Below are positions 8,408-18,253 of a DNA stretch of 64,000 bases, piece by piece (positions within the stretch are counted from its first letter, which is position 1; every line of letters starts with the position of its first letter). This DNA comes from a virus (taxonomy: Duplodnaviria; Caudoviricetes): positions 17,559 through 81,558 of IMG/VR virus record IMGVR_UViG_3300021256_000089, one strand, 5' to 3'. The position numbers and the translations under genes are program-made. The notes under the pieces are model-generated. The model was not told where the DNA came from. It searched no databases and saw only the letters and a list, made by a program, of their open reading frames with translations.

Positions 8408-9823
8408 TCACCGTGGTTCTTCAAATATTTGTTTAGCATATGTTGACCAGTTTGTGGCAGTTCGATATGCTTTGAGAATGTTATGGGCTGGGCTGTACGG
8501 CACGTAGATCTTGCAGTCGGACGCAATATCCGTGAACGCGCTTATGTTAGCTAATTTCGGGGGAGTCGTTGCCTTCATGTGGTATTCGCTCACAGCCACA
8601 CATCCGTTGAATGCGTCTCGGTAGATGTTTGTAACGCTTGACGGAATCGTTACCTTAGTCAAACTCCGGCACATTTCGCATGTGGCGTAATTGATATCTA
8701 CGATGCCTTCCGGGATTTCAGCTTTTACCAGATTATAGCAAGCGTAATATGCGCTCCCATTGATCGTCGTCACCGTGCTCGGAAAGATGACCTCGCGCAG
8801 CGTATAGCACCCTTCAAACATATACGCAACGATGGTAGTTACGCCGTACGGCAACACGACCTTTTTGAGGTTTTGGCAGTTTTTGAATACAGCCGATCCG
8901 AATGTAGTTACGCCCTTCGGAATGGTGACTTCCTCGAGGCTTTGACAGGAATAGAATACAGACGATTCATCCCAACCAGTGATACCAGCCGGGACGGAAA
9001 TCGTATTTGCCTGATAGCATTGTCCGAATGCCCCAGCGTGTATAGTCGTTACCGTTCCAGGAATCGTAAATGACTTCAGAGAATAGCATGCCTCAAATGC
9101 GTGTCCGCCGATAGTCTCTATTCCGTTCGGCACCGTTGCAATTTCCAGCCCAATGCAATAATTGAATGTGTAGCCTCCCAATGAGCCCGCCGTGGTTCCG
9201 CTGCCGATGAGGACCTTTCTGAATCTTAGGCTTTTGTACCAGTATTGTGCAATCGTTGATCCAGCAATCCCCTGGTTCTTATCCCCGCCGAACGAAATTG
9301 TTCCGCTCGTCACTTCAAGCGTGACGTCATATATTCCGCCAGATGTATAGGTATGATCGTGGTCGTTCTCTCCTGTTTCGCTGTATGTTTCCGGTTCGCT
9401 CTCATCGCCCCAGTTCACCGTAACACCGTTGCTGACAGTCTGGTCCCACCGTATCGTTGCGACTTTCCTGTTCTTCGGCGCGTCATCCGGGATCTCAATC
9501 ACAATATGTGTCTTCCCGTCAGTTGGGATTACCACATTTCCCACATACACAGCTTGCTCCGGCATCGCCGCAAGTTGTTCCTTGATTTCTTCCAGCGTCC
9601 AGTTCCATCCTTGCGAGGTTAGCGGGATTTCGTCACTGCTGTGATCCGGATTGTTCGGAAGTGCGGAGAGTGCGTCTACTTCGCTCTGCGTATAGGAGTC
9701 TACAATGCTGCCATCGTAATCGATCAGCACCAGACGCGAGTTTGGCTTGATAGTGCCGCCACCGCTGCCTCCTCCTTCACCGCCACCGCTGCCAGTCTTA
9801 CTGTAATAATATCTGTAAGGCAT
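8408..9823 (-). CDS. BspA-type leucine-rich-repeat protein with PKD-like domain (putative adhesin/RBP)
   Basis: About 9 repeats of C..L....IP.GV.TI...AF; VNWGD...H.HTY...G.Y.V PKD-like segment; GAGGAG RBS favours ATG 9823. Confidence 0.85.
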   Translation of the reverse strand: MPYRYYYSKTGSGGGEGGGSGGGTIKPNSRLVLIDYDGSIVDSYTQSEVDALSALPNNPDHSSDEIPLTSQGWNWTLEEIKEQLAAMPEQAVYVGNVVIPTDGKTHIVIEIPDDAPKNRKVATIRWDQTVSNGVTVNWGDESEPETYSETGENDHDHTYTSGGIYDVTLEVTSGTISFGGDKNQGIAGSTIAQYWYKSLRFRKVLIGSGTTAGSLGGYTFNYCIGLEIATVPNGIETIGGHAFEACYSLKSFTIPGTVTTIHAGAFGQCYQANTISVPAGITGWDESSVFYSCQSLEEVTIPKGVTTFGSAVFKNCQNLKKVVLPYGVTTIVAYMFEGCYTLREVIFPSTVTTINGSAYYACYNLVKAEIPEGIVDINYATCEMCRSLTKVTIPSSVTNIYRDAFNGCVAVSEYHMKATTPPKLANISAFTDIASDCKIYVPYSPAHNILKAYRTATNWSTYAKQIFEEPR

Positions 9824-9840
9824 TGTCTCACTCCTCAATA

Positions 9841-9864
9841 TAATAAAAGAGACCTTTCGGTCTC
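9841..9864 (-). terminator. Intrinsic terminator inside the tail operon
   Basis: Minus strand GAGACC-GAAA-GGTCTC-TTTTATTA. Confidence 0.7.
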
Positions 9865-10030
9865 AGTCTAAGTAATGTTTTCGATTTACTCTGTCACGGT
9901 TCCGGTGTGCCTCCGCAACGCTGCAGCCGGGATGCATTCGATAATACGCGATGTCTTGCTGCTCCGCAATTGCGAAGGCACGGTAGTACCGCTTCCACCA
10001 GAGTTTCTGCAATAGATACGCAATCAGCAT
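9863..10030 (-). CDS. Small basic hypothetical protein (55 aa)
   Basis: GAGGTG RBS; MLIAYLLQKLWWKRYYRAFA...KHYLD; not in ORF track. Confidence 0.5.
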   Translation of the reverse strand: MLIAYLLQKLWWKRYYRAFAIAEQQDIAYYRMHPGCSVAEAHRNRDRVNRKHYLD

Positions 10031-10060
10031 ATGCTCACCTCATGCGTATCATATCACAGC

Positions 10061-10297
10061 TTACAGGAATTCGCCACCGATAATATGCCCGGTAATTGTA
10101 ATGTTATCGAATGTCGGGCTGTCGGTCGTGCCGAGATCGTCCTGCATTCCGGCAAGTTTCGTCTTTTCTGCTGTTGTGTAATCGTTCGTGGAGAGGCCCT
10201 TCCCTGTCTCTTTGTCGACTTTGCCATTCAGCAAAATCTTAATATGCGCAAGGAACTGTGCCAATCCATTCAAACCGATCTTCTTTGTTTCAGACAC
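10061..10297 (-). CDS. KxDKxxGKGLS mini-protein (78 aa)
   Basis: GAGGAGG RBS before GTG 10297; LNGKVDKETGKGLSTNDYTTAEKTKLAGM..TTDSPTF. Confidence 0.75.
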   Translation of the reverse strand: MSETKKIGLNGLAQFLAHIKILLNGKVDKETGKGLSTNDYTTAEKTKLAGMQDDLGTTDSPTFDNITITGHIIGGEFL

Positions 10298-10313
10298 TTT
10301 GACCCCTCCTCTC

Positions 10314-13300
10314 TCACGTCTCGTCTCCAGCAATCCTGCGTCTCACGAGGTTGATCTCACTTGCCGTAGGCCACTGTGCAAGTGCTGTATAGCTTCGCGG
10401 CGTAAACGTGTCGCCGTGAATCGTTGCATACACTTCGTTGATGCCGTTCTGTAGCTGGCAGATGTTCTTCCGCCAATTGATGAACGGACCAACCGTATCA
10501 CTCAGCGTAATGCTCTGCAGGTTATACAGCTGCCGCATGTCGTTGACGTATGTCACCAGCTGATTGATCTCCGCAATGTGGCTTGTGTTATAGTCGGAAA
10601 TCACACTTCCAACAGCAATCGTTCTTGCGTAGGCTGGCGCAACATACTGAATCTGATGTGTAACAATAGCAGACCCGGTTCCAATACGGAACTGAACCGC
10701 TGAAGACGACGCAGCGCCAACATCAACTGGCAACTTGCCGATCCATGTATTGATCCCAGCCGTCAGATTGGCGCATGTTGTCCACGTGCCCCACACATCT
10801 TCCTTGAGATCTCCTGATCTGACCTGTAGGGTTGTGGCGTCTGCCACATAGTATTGCACCTTAAAGTAAGGTCGCGCATCATGGGTCACGAGCATCGGCA
10901 CTGGCCAGATAACCGGATTATCAATCTGCCGCGTCACGATCGCGCTTTCGTTGCTGTATCCGCTATAAGCGCCCATCGTGTCGTACGCCCGCACACGATA
11001 CTTGATCTGGTTGAATGCGGCTGCACTCCACGTATGCGTATAGGAGTTGGTTGAAACCGTTGTCAGTTCTGTCCAGCTGCCCCATGATGCGGAACTGTCT
11101 GCCCGTGTCGCGTACTCAATGCTATAGCCGCTCAGAGCGCCTCCGGTTGATGCGTCAACATCTGTGGACGCTGTCCAGCTCAGGCTGATGCTGCCATTGC
11201 TTGTAATTGTCGGCGTTGCGCTCGGTGTTCCCGGCACTGTTGGCGCTGTGTTCGCCTTAGTCATTTCGTTGGATGCTGTCCAAGCGGATGCGGTTCCAGC
11301 GCCGTTGACAGTGCGAATCTGATACTGGCCCTTCTCTCCAATAGGGAGGCTGGCCCACGTATCGGTGAAGCTTGTTGTCGTCTTGTCAGCTCCGTTTGTC
11401 CAGCTGCCCCATGTTCCGTCTGTTGTGCGACGGTACTGCATGTTATAATGGTCAGCATTCGTCGCACCAGTCCAGCTGACGGTATAAGATGTACTGCCAT
11501 AACAGTTCGCAGGGATCGTGACGGACGTCGGTGCACCGGGCGCGGCGTAACCAGTGACAGTACCGTATACAGTTGAATTGACCGTGTTGCGAGCATATAC
11601 CGCAGTCACACGGTAGTGTCTTGTGACGCCAGCTGCAGGACAGGCGACCGTCAGAGGCGATGTTGCGCTTGTACTGTAGCTTGTCCACGCGCCGTTATTA
11701 TCTGAGTATTCGACAGTATACTTGCTAAGAGCGTTATTTGTTCCTGCCGCAGCGCCACTCCATGAGAGAGTGGTTGTATTACCAACAGTAAGCTTTGACG
11801 CACCAATGGTGACTGTTGTCGGGGCTGTACCATTCGTATAATGAATCGTGCTGACCTGATTACTCGTCGGAGAGTTGTGCGCATAGTACGCAATTACTCG
11901 CCAGTATCTGGTCTTACCTGCCTCAGGGCCTGTGACGGTAGCCGATCGCTTATCGCTTGCAATACCCGTTGACAAATTGGCCCATGCGGTATCATAGTAT
12001 TGGATCGTAAAACTTGATATCGCGTTGTTAGTCTGAGCGGTTGCTGTCCACGACAATGTAAGCGAAGCGCTTGCCGTCGTTGTCTGCGTCGCGCTGATCG
12101 TCGCAACAGGCGTTGGACCTGTGACATAATGCCCAACACTAACAGACCCGGTCGTTACTGTATTCCGTGCAAAATATATAACTGCCCGATAATAATAGTA
12201 AGTGTCAGATATGGCAACAGCATACGTAGAAGCAGTTTGTCCAGTGGCTAAATTACTCCATGAGCTGTTATTCGTGCTGCGTTGAATTGTGTAACTTGAA
12301 AACGCACTGTTTGTGCCATTTGTATGGCTTATCGTTAAATCGGTATTACCAGTCGTTGTTGTCCATCCGCTGGTTCCAATACTAATGCTACCTGTGCCAT
12401 TTGTGTAATGGATCGTACTAACTTGATTGCTTGTAGGCGAATTATGCGCATAGTACGCGATCACTCGCCAGTATCTTGTTTTGCCAGCAGCAGGGCCAGT
12501 GACGGTATACGATCGCTTATCGCTTGCCACATTTTTTGCCAGATCAGCCCATGTGGTGTCGTAGTATTGGATTGTAAAACTTGAAATCGCGTTATTGGTT
12601 TGTGCAGCTGCCGTCCACGATAGTGTTAGCGAAGCGTTTGCAGTTGTTGTTTGCGTCGCGCTGATTGTTGCAACAGGTGTTGGGCCCGTAACGTAATGGC
12701 CAACGCTGACCGAACCAGTAGTAACCGTATTGTGAGCAAAATAAATGATTGCTCGATAATAATAATATGTATCAGATATGGCAACAGCATACGTAGCAGC
12801 AGTTTGTCCGGTGGCGTTAGCTAAATTACTCCACGAACTGTTGTTTGTGCTGCGCTGGATTGTATAACTCGAAAAGGCGTTATTCGTACCATTGGTTCTG
12901 CCAATTGTTAGATTCGTGTTGCCTGTCGCGGTTGTCCAGCCGCTGTTCGCAATGCTGATACTACCAGTACCGTTCGTGTAATGCCTTGTCCAGACAGATC
13001 CGGTAGTCACCGTATTCTGTGCGAAGTAAATAATCGCCCGATAGTAATACAGTGTGTCAGAGATTGCTACGGCATAGGTAGCTCCTGTTTGACCTGTTGC
13101 CAAGTTCGACCAGTTGCTATTATCCGTGCTTCGCTGTACCGTATAGCTAGAAAACGCATTGTTTGTTCCGTTCGTTCTGCTGATCGTCAGGTTGGTATTA
13201 CCTGTTGCGGTAGTCCAACCGCTCGCACCGATACTGATGGAACCTGAACCGTTCGACCACGTGGTAGTCAGCTTAGGTCGTGGGGACGAAGCGCCAGATC

Positions 13301-14015
13301 GCCAGTATGTGCCATTCGTGTAGATCACGAAATTCTTGTAGTTACCATTAGTGGCACTGGCATTGACTGTACGGCTTCCTGATGTGGCTGTTGTAGATAC
13401 GGTTGCGACATCCGTCCAGCCGCTTGTCACCTGAGTACCAGAGCTGTTGAATTCCTCATAGCGGATCAAGTAACCCGTGATTGCGTTGCCAGTGCCAGCC
13501 TTTGCGCCACTCCAGCTTAGTGTCGCTGAACCGCTCTTGCCAGTCGATGTGGGAGACACGGTGAACGAGGTCGGAGCTGTCGGCTGTGTGCCAGCGGTAT
13601 ACGTAAGCGTCAGTTTGATGCTGCTCCATGCAACCTGTGTGCTGGTTGTGCCTGTACCGCATTTCCAGTTCATAAGCAGAGTGCACTGGCCCATCTCTGT
13701 ATTGGCATACCAATTGCTGCCGCTCTTCACAAAGTGACTATTGAAACTGCTTAAATGACCAAGAACATTCAGTGTTCTTGCGCCAGTCGAACCAGTTGTC
13801 GTCCATGCAACACCGCTTCCGTCAGTGGTGCTGCACGCATATGCCGTGGAACCACTTTTCGGGTTTGTTGTCACCGTGATAACAAGCGACGCTGCAGTGA
13901 TATGACTGCCTGCAGGCAGTTTGCTGGAGATGCTCTTGGCAACACTATAGGTCGCCAGAGAGCCTTTCTTGGACGTCATGCTTCCGGCGTCCCACGTCCA
14001 TGTTGCTGTTGCCAA
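10314..14015 (-). CDS. Large Thr/Ser-rich tail fibre with tandem fibronectin-III-like modules, paralogue 1
   Basis: About 95-aa repeats with LSW..A..TNNA...Y.IQ....W......YRV pattern; TTG start with GGAGG RBS. Confidence 0.8.
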   Translation of the reverse strand: MATATWTWDAGSMTSKKGSLATYSVAKSISSKLPAGSHITAASLVITVTTNPKSGSTAYACSTTDGSGVAWTTTGSTGARTLNVLGHLSSFNSHFVKSGSNWYANTEMGQCTLLMNWKCGTGTTSTQVAWSSIKLTLTYTAGTQPTAPTSFTVSPTSTGKSGSATLSWSGAKAGTGNAITGYLIRYEEFNSSGTQVTSGWTDVATVSTTATSGSRTVNASATNGNYKNFVIYTNGTYWRSGASSPRPKLTTTWSNGSGSISIGASGWTTATGNTNLTISRTNGTNNAFSSYTVQRSTDNSNWSNLATGQTGATYAVAISDTLYYYRAIIYFAQNTVTTGSVWTRHYTNGTGSISIANSGWTTATGNTNLTIGRTNGTNNAFSSYTIQRSTNNSSWSNLANATGQTAATYAVAISDTYYYYRAIIYFAHNTVTTGSVSVGHYVTGPTPVATISATQTTTANASLTLSWTAAAQTNNAISSFTIQYYDTTWADLAKNVASDKRSYTVTGPAAGKTRYWRVIAYYAHNSPTSNQVSTIHYTNGTGSISIGTSGWTTTTGNTDLTISHTNGTNSAFSSYTIQRSTNNSSWSNLATGQTASTYAVAISDTYYYYRAVIYFARNTVTTGSVSVGHYVTGPTPVATISATQTTTASASLTLSWTATAQTNNAISSFTIQYYDTAWANLSTGIASDKRSATVTGPEAGKTRYWRVIAYYAHNSPTSNQVSTIHYTNGTAPTTVTIGASKLTVGNTTTLSWSGAAAGTNNALSKYTVEYSDNNGAWTSYSTSATSPLTVACPAAGVTRHYRVTAVYARNTVNSTVYGTVTGYAAPGAPTSVTIPANCYGSTSYTVSWTGATNADHYNMQYRRTTDGTWGSWTNGADKTTTSFTDTWASLPIGEKGQYQIRTVNGAGTASAWTASNEMTKANTAPTVPGTPSATPTITSNGSISLSWTASTDVDASTGGALSGYSIEYATRADSSASWGSWTELTTVSTNSYTHTWSAAAFNQIKYRVRAYDTMGAYSGYSNESAIVTRQIDNPVIWPVPMLVTHDARPYFKVQYYVADATTLQVRSGDLKEDVWGTWTTCANLTAGINTWIGKLPVDVGAASSSAVQFRIGTGSAIVTHQIQYVAPAYARTIAVGSVISDYNTSHIAEINQLVTYVNDMRQLYNLQSITLSDTVGPFINWRKNICQLQNGINEVYATIHGDTFTPRSYTALAQWPTASEINLVRRRIAGDET
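11844..12983 (-). repeat. Tandem duplication of a two-module unit (573 + 567 bp) within fibre gene
   Basis: aa 345-535 and 536-724 align nearly residue for residue (e.g. GKTRYWRVIAYYAHNSPTSNQVSTIHYTNGT occurs twice). Confidence 0.85.
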
Positions 14016-14089
14016 TCAGCTCACCTCCCCCTTGACAAACTGTAAAATACAAAAGCTTCGTTTTTTCAGACACTTTGACGCATCTCATC

Positions 14090-17000
14090 TTATGTCTCAT
14101 CGCCAGCAATCCTACGTCTTACAAAATTAATCTCGCTTGCTGTAGGCCACTTCACAAGTGTTGTATAATTTCGTGGCGTAAATGCGTCACCGTGAATCGT
14201 TGCGTATAGTTCATTGATACCATTCTGCAGCTGGCATATGTTTTTGCTCCATGTGGCAAAGTATCCCACACTGTCCGCAAAGGAGATCACTTGAAGGCCG
14301 TAAAGTCTCCGCATATCGTTCACATAGCCAAGCATCTGATTCATTTCTGCTACGTGGCTAATCTGTGTATTCGCGATTACGCTCCCCGTCGTAATCTCCC
14401 GGGCATAGGCAGGCGCTTCATACCGCAGCGCGAATGTCACGATCGGGTTTCCGCTGCCGATCCTTAGCTGAATTGCAGCGTCTGTGCCGGTAGCCAGATC
14501 AACAGGGCATCTGCCCATCCATCGATTGGTTCCGGCGTTCAGGCTGGTACAGGTGGTCCATGCTCCCCAGCTGCCACCCGTGTTTCCGGTTCTCGCCTGC
14601 AATTCTGTCGCCGCAAGCACATACACCAGCACCTGCAGATATGGTCTGCGATCATAGCATACTCCTTCAATTGCAGGCAGAACAATCGGATCGGTAACAG
14701 CTCTGGTGACGACGCTACTCTCTCCGCTGTACCCACTGTAAGCGTTCTGGCTATCATACGCCCGGATACGGTATTTGATCTGATTCAGACTGGTCCCGGC
14801 CCACGCATGCGTGTAAGCATTTGTACTGACCGTTGTCAGCACCGTCCAATTTCCCCAGCTCGCGGTGTCGTTGGCCCTGGTTGCAAACTCAATGCTATAT
14901 CCGCTGAGCCCACCACCTGTCGAGGCATCTACATCCGTGGAGGCTGTCCAGCTTAGAGAGACACTCCCATTCTCCAGAAGCAATGGTGAAACTGTCGGGG
15001 TTCCAGGAGTTGTTGGTGCTGTATTCCTCTTCGTGATCTCATTTGATTCCTTCCAGGCAGAAGCGGTTCCGGCACCATTGATGGTCCGAATCCGATACTT
15101 TCCCTTCTGACCGACAGTCAGGCTGGCCCACGTATCCGAAAAGCTGGTCCCGCTCCGATTGGTGGATGCACTCCAGCTTCCCCACGTTCCGTTGTTGGTC
15201 CGGCAATACTGGGATTCATAGTGGTCAATCCCGCCGCTCGCTCCGCTCCAGGTGACCGTGTAGGCGGTACTGCCATAGCAATCAGTCGGGACAGTGACAG
15301 AGGTTGGCGCACCGGGAGCCGCGTATCCTGTAACAGAGCCATATACGCTGGAGCTTACAGTGTTGTTGGCGTAAACAGCAGTAACACGATAGCGCCTGGT
15401 TACTCCTGCAGCAGGGGCAGCTACGCTCAGCGTAGATGTCGCGCTTGTGCTGTAGCTTGTCCATGCTCCGCTGTTGTCGGAGTATTCTACGGTATACTTG
15501 CTGAGTGCGTTATTGGTTCCCGCAGCCGCACCGCTCCAAGTGAGAGTCGTTGTGCTGCCAACGGTAAGCTTTGACGCGCCAATAGTAACCGTCGAAGGTG
15601 CTGTACCGTTAGTATAGTGACCGACACTTACGGAACCTGTAGTGACTGTATTGCGTAAAAATGGCGCAACAACTCGATAATAGTAATATGTATCAGAAAT
15701 TGCAACAGCATACGATGTACCAGATTGTCCTGTTGCCAGATTAGACCAAGTATTGTTGTCAGTGCTTCGTTGCACAGTGTAATCGTTTGGCCCGTTATTT
15801 GTGCCAGAAGCACGTGTTACTGTAATGTTTGCATTGCCTGTCGATGTCGTCCATCCGCTTGGGCTGACGCTGATCGAACAAGTGCCATTAGTATAATGAA
15901 TACAAGAGACAGCGTCTGTTACCGCGCCAGATCGTCCAAAAGTAGCATGCACAGTCCATGAAAATGTTTGCCCACTTCCCGGACCTGTCACCGCATAGCT
16001 TCGTGTTGTGGCCGCAAGCCTGCTGCTATTAAGTTTCGTCGAACCGCGATAGACATCGAATCCAATAATAGCATTGTTTGTGCCAGCTGACGCTGCCCAC
16101 GATAAAGTCAATGAATCGTTGACGGTGGTAGTGCTTTTCTTGCTGATTGCTATATTGTTACAGGTGCCCATCGTGAAATGGATACAACCAACGCTGGCTG
16201 TTGACACTGCATTACGGGCAAATATTGCTTCCACATGCCAATAATAGGTTTCACCACTTGCTGGCCCTGTTACGGCGTAACTTCGTGTAGATGCAGCAAG
16301 CCTAGTGCTGTTGAGTTTTGTACTACCACGATATACATCAAAACCGGATATAGCATTATTTGTGCCTGCTACCGCTCCCCATGATAAGGTTAATGAATCA
16401 TTGACTGTCGTTGTGCTTGTTTTACTGATCGTTGGAGTAGTACATGCGCCGTCCGTATAATAAACACGGGACATGCTTCCCGTTGTCACAATATTTCGGG
16501 CAAAACTGACAACGACCCGGTAATAATAAATGGTGGAGCTGGTCGTGGGTCCAGATACAGTGTGGCTACGGGCGGTTGCGTCCAGACCAGTATATGCATC
16601 CGTCCATGTACTATTGTCAGTTGATCGCTGTATTCTCTGAATGCTGATCGCGTTATTGGTTCCAGCGGTCGCCGTCCATGTCAAGGTGAAACTCTGTCCA
16701 GAGGTCGTTGTTGCGGAGGAACCGCCAATGCTTGCCGTGCCATTTGTATAATGCTGACACTGGACCTGTCCACTTGTATAGCTTGCATGATCACAATTTG
16801 CCACAACGCGCCAATAGTTTGTTGCGCCAGCAACGGGACCAGTAACGGTGACGCTGGTTGCAGTTGTATTCGCTACGTTAACCCACCCGGATCCATTGTT
16901 GTTTTGCTGTACGGTATAATTGTTCAGCTCGTTTTGTATGCCTCCAGCCGCACCACTCCAGCTCAGGGTGAGGCTGGCACTTGCTGTTGTTGTTAATGTA

Positions 17001-17392
17001 GCGCTTATTGACACGGAGGTGGGAGCTTTACCTGCAGAATAAACGACGATTTTCGGTCGAGCGTTATCTGCAGAACTTGCAGAACTAAGTGTACTGCCAG
17101 CCATTGTATAGACAACATACTGGTACTGATGCCCAGCAGTTGTCGGCGGCTTGATGCCTACGTTTCCGCTGGTGGCAGTTGTTGTGACTGTCGGCCTCGA
17201 AATATAATCTTCAAAATCACTCCAGCTGGAACCGTCGTAGTGGCGCTGCTTGACTAGATAGCCAGTTATGCCGCTACCGCTAGCTCCGCTCCAAACTAGC
17301 TTAAGTGCTGGGTTGGTACCGACTAGCACATAGTAGTGATTGCCGCTTGAACCATCATTAATATTAACATTTGTTGGAGGATTAACTGCCAA
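14090..17392 (-). CDS. Large tail fibre with fibronectin-III-like modules, paralogue 2
   Basis: Same module grammar; last 509 aa are colinear with paralogue 1; both end RRRIAGDET. Confidence 0.8.
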   Translation of the reverse strand: MAVNPPTNVNINDGSSGNHYYVLVGTNPALKLVWSGASGSGITGYLVKQRHYDGSSWSDFEDYISRPTVTTTATSGNVGIKPPTTAGHQYQYVVYTMAGSTLSSASSADNARPKIVVYSAGKAPTSVSISATLTTTASASLTLSWSGAAGGIQNELNNYTVQQNNNGSGWVNVANTTATSVTVTGPVAGATNYWRVVANCDHASYTSGQVQCQHYTNGTASIGGSSATTTSGQSFTLTWTATAGTNNAISIQRIQRSTDNSTWTDAYTGLDATARSHTVSGPTTSSTIYYYRVVVSFARNIVTTGSMSRVYYTDGACTTPTISKTSTTTVNDSLTLSWGAVAGTNNAISGFDVYRGSTKLNSTRLAASTRSYAVTGPASGETYYWHVEAIFARNAVSTASVGCIHFTMGTCNNIAISKKSTTTVNDSLTLSWAASAGTNNAIIGFDVYRGSTKLNSSRLAATTRSYAVTGPGSGQTFSWTVHATFGRSGAVTDAVSCIHYTNGTCSISVSPSGWTTSTGNANITVTRASGTNNGPNDYTVQRSTDNNTWSNLATGQSGTSYAVAISDTYYYYRVVAPFLRNTVTTGSVSVGHYTNGTAPSTVTIGASKLTVGSTTTLTWSGAAAGTNNALSKYTVEYSDNSGAWTSYSTSATSTLSVAAPAAGVTRRYRVTAVYANNTVSSSVYGSVTGYAAPGAPTSVTVPTDCYGSTAYTVTWSGASGGIDHYESQYCRTNNGTWGSWSASTNRSGTSFSDTWASLTVGQKGKYRIRTINGAGTASAWKESNEITKRNTAPTTPGTPTVSPLLLENGSVSLSWTASTDVDASTGGGLSGYSIEFATRANDTASWGNWTVLTTVSTNAYTHAWAGTSLNQIKYRIRAYDSQNAYSGYSGESSVVTRAVTDPIVLPAIEGVCYDRRPYLQVLVYVLAATELQARTGNTGGSWGAWTTCTSLNAGTNRWMGRCPVDLATGTDAAIQLRIGSGNPIVTFALRYEAPAYAREITTGSVIANTQISHVAEMNQMLGYVNDMRRLYGLQVISFADSVGYFATWSKNICQLQNGINELYATIHGDAFTPRNYTTLVKWPTASEINFVRRRIAGDET

Positions 17393-17409
17393 TCAGCTCA
17401 CCTCCCTTA

Positions 17410-18027
17410 TTAGCGGGCAAATGCACAAACGACACCGAGATATTCCGTGGCCTGAACCGTCAATACGCGAGAGCTCGGTGTGTAGGTGGCGGTACCATAT
17501 TGATTGGAAGCGTTGGCCGTATGTAGATACACCGCCCACTTTGACGGGAGCTGATCAAGGTCGATAGTAGCCGACCTTGTGAATGCGTTTACCGAAAGCG
17601 GTAGCCGACACTCAATAACATCAGCAGCGGCACCTGCGCCAGGAGTGTATCCTATAAGCATAAGCTCGGAATACTTTTGAGCCACGGTGACAGAAATCGC
17701 TCCAGGTGCGCCATCATTGACACCCCACTCGGAAGCTGCGATCAAATCCCAGGCCCCATGCATCATATCATTGATGGCCTTACCCTGTTTAGCACTAAGA
17801 GGTTTGTCTGTGGCGGTGCTGGTCAGGTTGTCTACTATGTTCGCAGTCGTTACTGCAGACGCCAACTTGGTCTTCTCTGCCGTTGTATAATCCTCTGTAC
17901 TCAACTGCTTCCCCGTCACCTTGTCTACCTTGCCGTTCAGCATGTTAGACACCCACGCTTTGATTCTATCTGAAAAGTAACCGAGAGCACTTTTCTCGAT
18001 TACCTTTTTACGTTCAGGTTGTGACAT
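17410..18027 (-). CDS. Tail-fibre-type protein with KVDK..GK.LS N-terminal module
   Basis: LNGKVDKVTGKQLSTEDYTTAEKTKL followed by IVDNLTST.T.K.LSA.QGK phage fibre repeat. Confidence 0.7.
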   Translation of the reverse strand: MSQPERKKVIEKSALGYFSDRIKAWVSNMLNGKVDKVTGKQLSTEDYTTAEKTKLASAVTTANIVDNLTSTATDKPLSAKQGKAINDMMHGAWDLIAASEWGVNDGAPGAISVTVAQKYSELMLIGYTPGAGAAADVIECRLPLSVNAFTRSATIDLDQLPSKWAVYLHTANASNQYGTATYTPSSRVLTVQATEYLGVVCAFAR

Positions 18028-18045
18028 CGAGTCACCTCCTCAAAG

Positions 18046-18228
18046 TTAAGTAGAACTTTTTTCGTCGCTTTGCTTCGCGTCTGCAACACGTACAACTTTG
18101 CTGACATCATATTTCCTGCCGTCAGGAAACTGAACGAATTTGATCAGTCCGTTCTCTATGCCTTCAAACAGCTTATACATGTTTGCATATATCGAGTCAT
18201 CTTTGTAATGCATGTAATCTACGCGCAC
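18046..18228 (-). CDS. Hypothetical protein
   Basis: AAGGAG RBS; fills the gap in the operon. Confidence 0.5.
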   Translation of the reverse strand: MRVDYMHYKDDSIYANMYKLFEGIENGLIKFVQFPDGRKYDVSKVVRVADAKQSDEKSST

Positions 18229-18253
18229 TTCTTTATTTCTCCTTATTACCTGT

